A stretch of 64,000 bases of DNA from Escherichia coli. GTDB taxonomy: Bacteria > Pseudomonadota > Gammaproteobacteria > Enterobacterales > Enterobacteriaceae. The DNA is taken from the NCBI RefSeq assembly GCF_003334385.1, contig NZ_QOWN01000005.1. One strand, given 5' to 3'. Made by a program: the position numbers and the translations under genes. Under the pieces are notes generated by a model, which worked only from the letters and a program-made list of their open reading frames with translations, did no database searches and had not been told where the DNA came from. Shown here piece after piece: positions 32,007 to 42,494 of this stretch (the stretch's first letter is position 1; each line of letters opens with the position of its first letter).

Positions 32007-33899
32007 TTACATCACCAGACGGCGAATGTCAGACAGCGTGTTGTTAATGATGGTAATGAAACGGGCACCATCAGCACCGTCGATCACGCGGTGGTCGAAG
32101 GAGAGAGAAATCGGCAGCATCAGACGCGGCACGAACTCTTTACCATTCCACACCGGCTCCATCGCGGACTTGGAAACGCCGAGGATAGCCACTTCCGGCG
32201 CGTTCACAATCGGCGCGAAGTGGGTAGTACCCAGGCCGCCGATGCTGGAGATGGTGAAGCAACCGCCCTGCATTTCGCCCGCAGTCAGCTTACCGTCACG
32301 CGCTTTCTTAGAAATAGTCATCAGCTCGCGAGACAGCTCGATGATGCCTTTCTTGTTGACGTCTTTGAATACCGGAACAACCAGACCGTTCGGGGTATCC
32401 ACCGCCACACCGATGTTGATGTATTTCTTCAGGGTCAGACGCTGACCGTCTTCCGACAGCGAACTATTGAAGCGAGGCATCTGCTCAAGAGCTGCAGCAA
32501 CGGCTTTCATGATGAAGACAACCGGGGTGATCTTCACATCCAGCTTACGTTTCGCCGCTTCTTCGTTCTGCTGTTTACGGAACGCTTCCAACTCGGTGAT
32601 ATCGGTTTTGTCGAAGTGAGTAACATGCGGGATCATTACCCAGTTACGGCTCAGGTTCGCACCAGAGATTTTCTGGATGCGGCCCAGTTCCACTTCTTCG
32701 ATTTCACCAAACTTGCTGAAGTCCACCTTCGGCCACGGCAGCATGCCAGGGATACCACCGCCAGTCGCTGCCGGAGCTGCTTCTGCACGTTTGATAGCTT
32801 CTTTCACGTAAGCCTGAACGTCTTCGCGCAGGATACGACCTTTACGGCCAGTGCCCTTCACTTTCGCAAGGTTAACACCAAACTCGCGTGCCAGACGGCG
32901 GATCAGCGGAGTCGCGTGAACATAAGCGTCGTTTTCAGCAAATTCAGATTTGCCTTCCGCTTTCGCAGCTGGTGCTGCTGCCGGGGCTTCAGCTTTTGCT
33001 GCCGGTGCCGGCGCTGCCGCTTCCTGTTTCGCAGGAGCTGCCGCAGGCGCTGCGCCTTCAACTTCGAAGATCATAATCAGCGAGCCAGTTTTCACTTTAT
33101 CGCCAACGTTGACTTTCAGTTCCTTCACGACGCCTGCAAACGGCGCCGGAACTTCCATAGAAGCTTTGTCGCCTTCTACGGTGATCAGTGACTGTTCAGC
33201 GGCAACTTTGTCGCCCACTTTCACCATCACTTCAGTCACTTCAACTTCGTCACCGCCGATATCCGGAACGTTAACTTCTTTCACGCCAGCCGCTGGTGCA
33301 GGGGCCGCTGCCGGAGCTGCTTCCTGTTTAGCGGCCGGAGCTGCCGCGCCTGCTTCACCCGCGACTTCGAAGACCATAATCAGCGAGCCGGTAGACACTT
33401 TGTCACCCACGTTCACTTTGATCTCTTTCACGGTGCCAGCAAACGGAGCCGGAACTTCCATAGAAGCCTTGTCGCCTTCTACGGTGATCAGCGACTGTTC
33501 AGCTTCAACTTTATCGCCAACTTTCACCAGGATTTCGGTCACTTCAACTTCGTCGCTGCCGATATCCGGAACGTTAACGTCTTTTGCCGCCGCAGCCGCT
33601 GGTGCTGCTGCCGGAGCTGCTTCTTTCTTCTCTTCTGCCTGAGCAGGTGCAGCGTCTGCTGCACCGTCGGCGGAATCGAAAATCATAATCAGTGCGCCGG
33701 TCTGGGTTTTATCGCCAACAGAGACTTTGATCTCTTTAACGATACCCGCCTGCGGAGACGGAACTTCCATAGAGGCTTTGTCGCCTTCTACGGTGATCAG
33801 CGACTGTTCGGCTTCAACTTTGTCGCCCACTTTGACCAGGATCTCGGTGATTTCAACTTCATCAGCCCCGATGTCCGGTACTTTGATTTCGATAGCCAT
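32007..33899 (-). CDS. aceF: pyruvate dehydrogenase E2, dihydrolipoyllysine-residue acetyltransferase
   Basis: 630 aa with three lipoyl domains ([10 protein letters not shown] x3), Ala/Pro linkers and a catalytic domain with the DHR motif. Confidence 0.96.
33051..33899 (-). repeat. three tandem ~300-bp imperfect repeats encoding the lipoyl domains of AceF
   Basis: Protein-level triplication visible in the translation (residues ~1-283). Confidence 0.85.
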
Positions 33900-33913
33900 T
33901 ATTCTTTTACCTC

Positions 33914-36577
33914 TTACGCCAGACGCGGGTTAACTTTATCTGCATCGATGTTGAATTTGGCGATTGCGTCAGCAACCACTTTCTTATCGATTTCGCCACG
34001 TTTAGCCAGTTCGCCCAGCGCCGCAACCACGACATAAGAAGCATCAACTTCGAAGTGGTGACGCAGGTTCTCACGGCTGTCGGAACGACCGAAGCCATCA
34101 GTACCCAGTACGCGGTAGTCGTCAGCCGGTACGTAAGTACGGACCTGCTCAGCGAACAGTTTCATATAGTCGGTAGATGCCACTGCCGGAGCGTCGTTCA
34201 TCACCTGAGCGATATACGGAACGCGCGGAGTTTCCAGCGGGTGCAGCATGTTCCAGCGTTCACAATCCTGACCATCACGCGCCAGCTCGGTGAAGGAGGT
34301 CACGCTATAAACGTCAGAACCTACGCCGTAATCTTTCGCCAGGATCTCAGCTGCTTCACGGACGTGACGCAGGATAGAACCGGAGCCGAGCAGCTGAACT
34401 TTACCTTTGCTACCTTCAATAGTTTCGAGTTTGTAGATACCTTTACGGATACCTTCCTCAGCACCTTCCGGCATTGCCGGCATGTGGTAGTTTTCGTTCA
34501 GCGTAGTGATGTAGTAGTAAACGTTCTCTTGTTTTTCACCGTACATACGCTCCAGACCGTCATGCATGATGACAGCAACTTCGTAAGCGTAAGCCGGGTC
34601 GTAAGAGATACAGTTCGGGATAGTCAGCGACTGAATGTGGCTGTGACCATCTTCGTGCTGCAGACCTTCGCCGTTCAGGGTGGTACGACCGGAAGTACCG
34701 CCGATCAGGAAGCCACGCGCTTGCTGGTCGCCAGCCGCCCAGCACAGATCGCCAATACGCTGGAAGCCGAACATCGAGTAATAGATGTAGAACGGGATCA
34801 TCGGCAGATTGTTGGTGCTGTAAGAGGTCGCCGCTGCCAGCCAGGAACAACCTGCGCCCAGCTCGTTGATCCCTTCCTGCAGAATCTGACCTTTCTCGTC
34901 TTCTTTATAGTAAGCAACCTGCTCGCGGTCCTGCGGGGTGTACTGCTGACCGTTCGGGCTGTAAATACCAATCTGACGGAACAGACCTTCCATACCGAAA
35001 GTACGCGCTTCGTCGGCGATGATCGGTACCAGACGATCTTTGATCGACTTGTTCTTCAGCATCACGTTCAGAGCACGAACGAAAGCGATAGTGGTAGAGA
35101 TCTCTTTGCTCTGCTCTTCCAACAGCGCGCCGAAGTCTTGCAGGCTCGGCAGCTCAAGCTTCTCGGTGAAGTTCGGCTGACGGCTTGGCAGATAACCGTG
35201 CAGTTTCTGACGCTGAGCGTGCAGATAGGTATGCTCTTCAGAACCTTCCGGGAAGGTGATGTACGGCAGTTTTTCGATATCTGCATCAGACACCGGCACA
35301 TTGAAACGGTCGCGGATATGACGCACACCGTCCATGTTCATTTTCTTAACCTGGTGCGCGATGTTTTTACCTTCAGCCGCGTCGCCCATGCCGTAACCTT
35401 TAATGGTATGAGCAAGGATTACTGTCGCTTTGCCTTTGGTTTCCTGCGCTTTCTTGAATGCAGCGTAGATTTTCTTCGGATCGTGACCACCACGGTTCAG
35501 TGCCCAGATCTGCTCGTCAGTCCAGTCTGCAACCAGTGCTGCGGTTTCAGGATATTTACCGAAGAAGTGTTCACGAACGTACGCACCATCTTTCGATTTG
35601 AAGGTCTGGTAGTCGCCGTCAACGGTTTCGTTCATCAGCTGGATCAGTTTACCGCTGGTATCCTTACGCAGCAGTTCATCCCAACGGCTACCCCACATCA
35701 CTTTGATCACGTTCCAGCCAGCACCTTCGAAGATGCCTTCCAGTTCGTTGATGATCTTGCCGTTACCGGTGACCGGGCCGTCAAGACGCTGCAGGTTACA
35801 GTTGATAACGAAGACCAGGTTATCCAGTTTTTCACGGGTAGCGATGGTGATCGCACCTTTGGATTCCGGTTCGTCCATTTCACCGTCACCGAGGAACGCG
35901 TAAACGGTTTGTTTAGAGGTATCTTTCAGGCCACGGTGTTCCAGATATTTCAGGAATTTAGCCTGGTAAATAGCACCAATCGGACCCAGACCCATAGATA
36001 CGGTCGGGAACTGCCAGAATTCCGGCATCAGTTTCGGGTGCGGATAGGAAGAGAGGCCATTGCCGTGAACTTCCTGACGGAAGTTATCCAGCTGCTCCTG
36101 AGTCAGACGACCTTCCAGGAAAGCACGAGCGTACACGCCCGGGGAGATGTGGCCCTGGAAGTAAACCAGGTCGCCGCCATCCTGCTCGTTGCGTGCACGG
36201 AAGAAGTGGTTAAAGCACACATCATAAATGGTTGCGGAAGACTGGAAGGACGCCATATGGCCGCCCAGTTCGAGGTCTTTTTTCGACGCACGCAGCACCG
36301 TCATGATGGCGTTCCAGCGGATAGCTGAACGAATACGGCGTTCCAGTTCCAGATTACCCGGATACTCCGGTTGTTCTTCAACGGGGATGGTGTTGATGTA
36401 GTTGCTGATACCTGTGCCTGCGGCTACGTTTACACCGCCTTTGCGGGCTTCAGCAAGCAGTTGGTCGATCAGATACTGAGCACGCTCAACACCTTCTTCA
36501 CGGATGACCGATTCGATCGCCTGGAGCCAGTCGCGAGTTTCGATCGGATCCACGTCATTTGGGAAACGTTCTGACAT
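33914..36577 (-). CDS. aceE: pyruvate dehydrogenase E1 component
   Basis: 887-aa translation recognised as AceE ([21 protein letters not shown]...). Confidence 0.96.
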
Positions 36578-36737
36578 GGGTTATTCCTTATCTATCTAAT
36601 AACGTTGAGTTTTCTGGAACCTGTCCCATTGAACTCTCGCCGGAAAGCTCAATAAGACAGGTTCTACGTTTAGTTGCCGCGCTTTTATATGCGCTTGATT
36701 TACAACATCTTCTGGATAATTTTTACCAGAAAAATCA

Positions 36738-37502
36738 CTAATTCTTTCGTTGCTCCAGACGACGCAGAGAACGCTCACGGCGGCTCTCTTCACGACTTCT
36801 GTCGAGCAAAATTTCTTCGATAAAGGCCAGATGGCGATGCGATGCTTCGCGCGCTTCTTCCGGCTTACCGGCCATAATCGCTTCAAATATGCGGGTGCGG
36901 TGACTACTCACCAGCGGCAGCATCTCGCGACGCGAATAGAGCAATTCGAAGTTCTGGCGGACATTCTGGGCCAACATCGGCTCCATACACCTTAGCAGAT
37001 GAAGCAGAACCACATTGTGGGCCGCTTCGGTGACGGCAATCTGATACTGGAGTACGGCGTTTGATTCCGCGTCCAGATCGCCAGACTGCTGCGCCAGCTC
37101 TATGGCGTGGTGGAGTTCACGGATGCGTTCCTTGTCTTCATCGGTACTACGCAGCGCGGCGTAATAAGCGGCGATACCTTCCAGGGCGTGTCGTGTTTCG
37201 AGCAAGTCATACTGTGACTCAGGATGGTCGGAGAGCAGCTCCACCAGCGGATCGCTGAAGCTTTGCCATAGGCTGCTCTGGACAAAAGTGCCGCCACCCT
37301 GGCGACGAAGCAACAAGCCCTTCGCTTCGAGACGTTGAATCGCCTCACGCAAGGAGGGACGGGAGACGTCAAACTGTTTTGCCAGTTCGCGTTCCGGTGG
37401 GAGTTTTTCGCCCGGGCGGAGAGTGCCTTCGAGGATCAAAAACTCCAGTTGCTGCTCAATCACATCGGAGAGTTTTGGTTGGCGGATTTTGCTGTAGGCC
37501 AT
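36738..37502 (-). CDS. pdhR: GntR-family pyruvate-responsive repressor
   Basis: Start set at [20 protein letters not shown]... (254 aa); GntR-type HTH. Confidence 0.93.
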
Positions 37503-37533
37503 GAGTTCCTGTCTTAAGCCACTTGCCGAAGTC

Positions 37534-37550
37534 AATTGGTCTTACCAATT
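37534..37550. promoter_or_regulatory. PdhR operator palindrome AATTGGT-N3-ACCAATT
   Basis: Perfect 7-bp inverted repeat 32 bp upstream of the pdhR start; matches the PdhR box as I recall it. Confidence 0.7.
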
Positions 37551-37953
37551 TCATGTCTGTGACGCTAAAGTAACAAAGTATTCACCTTATGTCCATACAG
37601 GTTTTGATTGAAATCATGAAACTGTGCACATTTTAACAACTTGACATATATAACGTTTCAAAGTTGTAACTATGCACAAATGTAGACTTTACGTAGGAAA
37701 GGAGTTTTTTAACGATTATTAAACTATAAAAATCCGAATTGAACCGATTCACTTACCAATTTTGTGATTTTTAATTCAATTAAAACGAATTTAAATTCAT
37801 TCTACATATTGAGAGGGGTTGAGGCTGAGCTTTACAAACGGTTTCTTTTTAAGCAACTCATCTTCAACCATGCATAAAGCGGGTGCATTCGCTGCCGCAT
37901 ACCATTATTCTTGATCTGACGGAAGTCTTTTTGTAACAATTCAAACTTCTTTG

Positions 37954-37971
37954 ATGTAAACAAATTAATAC
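37954..37971. promoter_or_regulatory. candidate TyrR box (TGTAAA-N6-AATACA) upstream of aroP
   Basis: One perfect half-site and one imperfect half-site with correct spacing; aroP is a TyrR-regulon member by established knowledge. Confidence 0.3.
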
Positions 37972-38042
37972 AACAAACGGAATTGCAAACTTACACACGC
38001 ATCACTGCGTAGATCAAAAAAACAACCACCGCACGAGGTTTC

Positions 38043-39416
38043 ATGATGGAAGGTCAACAGCACGGCGAGCAGCTAAAGCGCGGCCTTAAAAACCGCCATA
38101 TTCAGCTTATCGCGCTGGGTGGCGCGATAGGGACCGGGTTATTCCTGGGTAGCGCCTCCGTAATACAGTCCGCAGGGCCAGGGATTATCCTGGGTTACGC
38201 CATTGCTGGTTTTATCGCCTTTCTGATCATGCGTCAGCTGGGTGAAATGGTGGTCGAAGAACCTGTCGCAGGCTCCTTTAGCCACTTTGCTTATAAATAC
38301 TGGGGCAGTTTTGCCGGTTTCGCCTCTGGCTGGAACTACTGGGTACTGTACGTTTTAGTTGCCATGGCTGAGCTGACTGCCGTGGGTAAATACATTCAGT
38401 TCTGGTATCCGGAAATCCCCACCTGGGTTTCTGCCGCCGTATTCTTTGTGGTGATTAACGCCATCAACCTGACCAACGTTAAAGTGTTTGGCGAGATGGA
38501 GTTCTGGTTTGCCATTATCAAAGTTATCGCGGTGGTAGCGATGATCATCTTCGGCGGCTGGCTGCTATTCAGTGGCAACGGCGGCCCGCAGGCGACCGTT
38601 AGCAACCTGTGGGATCAGGGTGGTTTCCTGCCGCACGGCTTCACCGGGCTGGTGATGATGATGGCGATTATCATGTTCTCGTTCGGTGGTCTGGAACTGG
38701 TGGGGATCACCGCAGCAGAAGCTGATAACCCGGAGCAAAGTATACCGAAAGCAACTAACCAGGTTATCTACCGCATCCTGATTTTCTATATTGGTTCGTT
38801 AGCCGTTCTGCTCTCACTGATGCCGTGGACCCGCGTTACCGCCGATACCAGTCCGTTTGTGCTGATCTTCCACGAGTTAGGCGATACCTTTGTGGCGAAT
38901 GCGCTGAACATCGTGGTACTGACTGCGGCGCTCTCCGTGTACAACAGCTGCGTATATTGCAACAGCCGTATGCTGTTTGGTCTGGCACAACAGGGTAATG
39001 CGCCAAAAGCGCTGGCGTCTGTCGATAAACGTGGTGTACCAGTAAATACCATTCTGGTGTCTGCACTGGTAACGGCGTTGTGCGTACTGATTAACTACCT
39101 TGCCCCAGAGTCCGCTTTCGGACTGTTAATGGCGCTGGTGGTATCTGCACTGGTAATCAACTGGGCGATGATTAGCCTGGCGCATATGAAATTCCGTCGC
39201 GCCAAGCAGGAACAAGGCGTGGTAACTCGCTTCCCTGCTCTACTTTATCCGCTGGGTAACTGGATCTGCCTGCTGTTTATGGCGGCGGTACTGGTGATTA
39301 TGCTGATGACCCCAGGAATGGCGATTTCGGTATACCTGATCCCGGTATGGCTGATCGTGTTAGGTATCGGCTATCTGTTTAAAGAGAAAACCGCCAAAGC
39401 CGTAAAAGCGCATTAA
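38043..39416 (+). CDS. aroP: aromatic amino acid:H+ symporter (APC family)
   Basis: 457 aa, polytopic membrane protein; recognised as AroP. Confidence 0.95.
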   Translation: MMEGQQHGEQLKRGLKNRHIQLIALGGAIGTGLFLGSASVIQSAGPGIILGYAIAGFIAFLIMRQLGEMVVEEPVAGSFSHFAYKYWGSFAGFASGWNYWVLYVLVAMAELTAVGKYIQFWYPEIPTWVSAAVFFVVINAINLTNVKVFGEMEFWFAIIKVIAVVAMIIFGGWLLFSGNGGPQATVSNLWDQGGFLPHGFTGLVMMMAIIMFSFGGLELVGITAAEADNPEQSIPKATNQVIYRILIFYIGSLAVLLSLMPWTRVTADTSPFVLIFHELGDTFVANALNIVVLTAALSVYNSCVYCNSRMLFGLAQQGNAPKALASVDKRGVPVNTILVSALVTALCVLINYLAPESAFGLLMALVVSALVINWAMISLAHMKFRRAKQEQGVVTRFPALLYPLGNWICLLFMAAVLVIMLMTPGMAISVYLIPVWLIVLGIGYLFKEKTAKAVKAH

Positions 39417-39425
39417 TCTCTCTAC

Positions 39426-39450
39426 GCCCTCACCCGTACAGGGTGAGGGC
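39426..39450. terminator. hairpin terminator between convergent aroP and ampE (gccctcaccc-gtaca-gggtgagggc)
   Basis: 10-bp perfect inverted repeat directly after the aroP stop. Confidence 0.55.
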
Positions 39451-39458
39451 AATAATCT

Positions 39459-40313
39459 TTACACCAACGCCCCGTAAATCGTCAGTAGTGCAATCACCAC
39501 CACGACCACGAACGAGGTTTTCTTCGCCATTGAAACCGCTGCCTTCGGCGTCTCCACCTTATCGACATGCGGTTCACGCGCCAGAGAGAACTGCGCCAGA
39601 CGCGTTAACACCTGATACTGCGAAGTATGGAAATCACCCAGCGAAGCAAACCAGGCCGGTAACGCTTTCTCACCATGACCGATCAAGGCATATACCACAC
39701 CCGCAAGACGAACCGGCACCCAATCCAGTACATGAAGCACGGCATCAATGCCGGACTGTAAACGATGATGCGGCGTCTGATATCGCGCCAGCCAGTATTG
39801 CCATGCACGCAAAAACGCATACCCCATCAGCGTAACGGGTCCCCAGGTTCCCCCCACAATCAGCCAGAACAGCGGTGCAAGATAAAAACGAAAGTTAATC
39901 CACAGCAATGCATTTTGCAGCTCACGCAAATACTCACGTTCGTCGCAGCCTGCCGGGACGCCGTGAATCATGGTGAGTTCGCCAGCCATCGTGGCACGGG
40001 CATGGCTATCATTACGTGAAGCAGCTGTCAGATAAGCATGATAATGAAGACGAACTTTACCTGCGCCAATACACAGCAAACCAATCAGCAGCCACACCAG
40101 TAGCGTGGGAACGTTGAACAATACTCCCTGCAATGCGCGTAACAGTAAAAAAGTCACGCCCATCGCAATAATGGTCATGCCTAACGTGCGCCCGAGAGAA
40201 AAATGTTTCACCCGCCGAAAGAACGCTTCAAGACGATGATCAAGCTGCCAGTGCTCGCCCAACTTAAACAGGCGCTCGAAAATTAACACCAGTAAGGTTG
40301 TAAATAGCGTCAT
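39459..40313 (-). CDS. ampE: inner-membrane protein AmpE (ampicillin-resistance regulatory protein)
   Basis: Start set at [16 protein letters not shown]... (284 aa); overlaps the ampD stop by 4 nt. Confidence 0.9.
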
Positions 40314-40861
40314 GTTGTCTCCTTGCTGACCAGCACACGAAACCGTGCCCAATCAAATGCAGGACCGGGATCGGTTTTCCGATCCGGCGCAATATCACAA
40401 TGGCCCGTCATGTTTTTAGCGATATCCGGATAGCAATCAATCAGTGCCCGCGTAACCGCCGCAAGCTGTTGATACTGCGCATCGGTATACGCCAGCGTAT
40501 CGGTGCCTTCAAGCTCAATCCCAATAGAAAAATCATTGCAGCGTTCGCGCCCCTGATACTGAGAGACTCCCGCATGCCATGCACGTTTATCGAAAGGAAC
40601 ATACTGGACTATTTCACCATCACGGCGAATCAAACAGTGAGCGGAGACGCGCAAATGGGCGATCTCAGCAAAGAAAGGATGTGCCTGCGGATCAATAGTT
40701 CCAGTGAATAATGCGTCGATCCACGGACCGCCAAACTCGCCTGGCGGCAGGCTAATATTGTGCACCACCAGCAGGGTGGGTGTTTCGTCATCCGGGCGGC
40801 AATCGTAATGTGGTGAGGGAACGCGGCGCGCGCCAACCAGCCACCCCTGTTCTAACAACAT
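40310..40861 (-). CDS. ampD: 1,6-anhydro-N-acetylmuramyl-L-alanine amidase
   Basis: 183-aa translation recognised as AmpD. Confidence 0.95.
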
Positions 40862-40888
40862 GCAGGATCTCCTTATATGTGGTGCTAA

Positions 40889-41842
<954 letters not shown>

Positions 41843-42044
41843 TAGTTGACAGATTTATCCGCTCCATCGCGGGCGGATAATCTCCCCTTCCCCAACTTTC
41901 TTCGTAACGCCTCGCAAATTTCTTGTCTTTCGCTGCAACGAAATAAAAAACCTCGGAATCTGCTTTCCCGTTTCGTTTTTTGCCCCTCGCCTGTGCTGAT
42001 GGCGTTTGCCAAAGTAGCGCCAACCAAATCAAGGAGCGAAACAG

Positions 42045-42485
42045 ATGGACAAGCAACGCGGTTTTACACTTATCGAACTGATGGTGGTTATTGGCATCAT
42101 TGCCATTTTAAGCGCCATTGGTATTCCCGCTTATCAAAACTACCTGCGCAAAGCCGCACTCACCGACATGCTACAAACCTTTGTGCCTTACCGTACCGCC
42201 GTAGAGTTGTGCGCGCTGGAACATGGTGGATTAGATACCTGCGACGGTGGCAGCAATGGCATTCCCTCGCCTACCACCACCCGCTATGTTTCAGCCATGA
42301 GTGTGGCAAAGGGCGTGGTGTCGCTGACCGGGCAAGAAAGTCTCAATGGGCTAAGCGTCGTCATGACACCGGGTTGGGATAACGCAAACGGCGTCACCGG
42401 CTGGACGCGCAACTGCAATATTCAAAGTGACAGCGCATTGCAGCAAGCCTGCGAAGATGTCTTCCGCTTTGATGACGCCAACTAA
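42045..42485 (+). CDS. ppdD: type IV prepilin (prepilin peptidase-dependent protein D)
   Basis: 146 aa; class III signal with G/FTLIE cleavage motif followed by a hydrophobic helix and Cys residues. Confidence 0.93.
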   Translation: MDKQRGFTLIELMVVIGIIAILSAIGIPAYQNYLRKAALTDMLQTFVPYRTAVELCALEHGGLDTCDGGSNGIPSPTTTRYVSAMSVAKGVVSLTGQESLNGLSVVMTPGWDNANGVTGWTRNCNIQSDSALQQACEDVFRFDDAN

Positions 42486-42494
42486 GGAGCGGCA

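Noticed and set aside
30231-33191. Antisense ORFs inside lpd (30231-31088) and spanning the lpd-aceF junction (31962-33191)
   Set aside because: Cys/Arg/Phe-rich artefactual translations opposite well-supported genes.
34055-36328. 757-codon open reading frame on the + strand, antisense to aceE
   Set aside because: Lies entirely inside aceE, whose - strand translation is an unambiguous E1 match; the antisense translation is low-complexity (Val/Thr/Phe/Arg-rich) with no recognisable domain. Long antisense ORFs are a known by-product of codon bias in highly expressed GC-rich genes.
41855-41880. Hairpin ttatccgc-N10-gcggataa after nadC as a terminator
   Set aside because: Only an 8-bp stem with no clear T-run; too weak to annotate as a feature.
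41846-42382. 178-codon + strand ORF overlapping the nadC-ppdD intergenic region and ppdD in another frame
   Set aside because: Overlaps the well-supported ppdD pilin gene out of frame; the translation is Arg/Ser-rich with no domain character.
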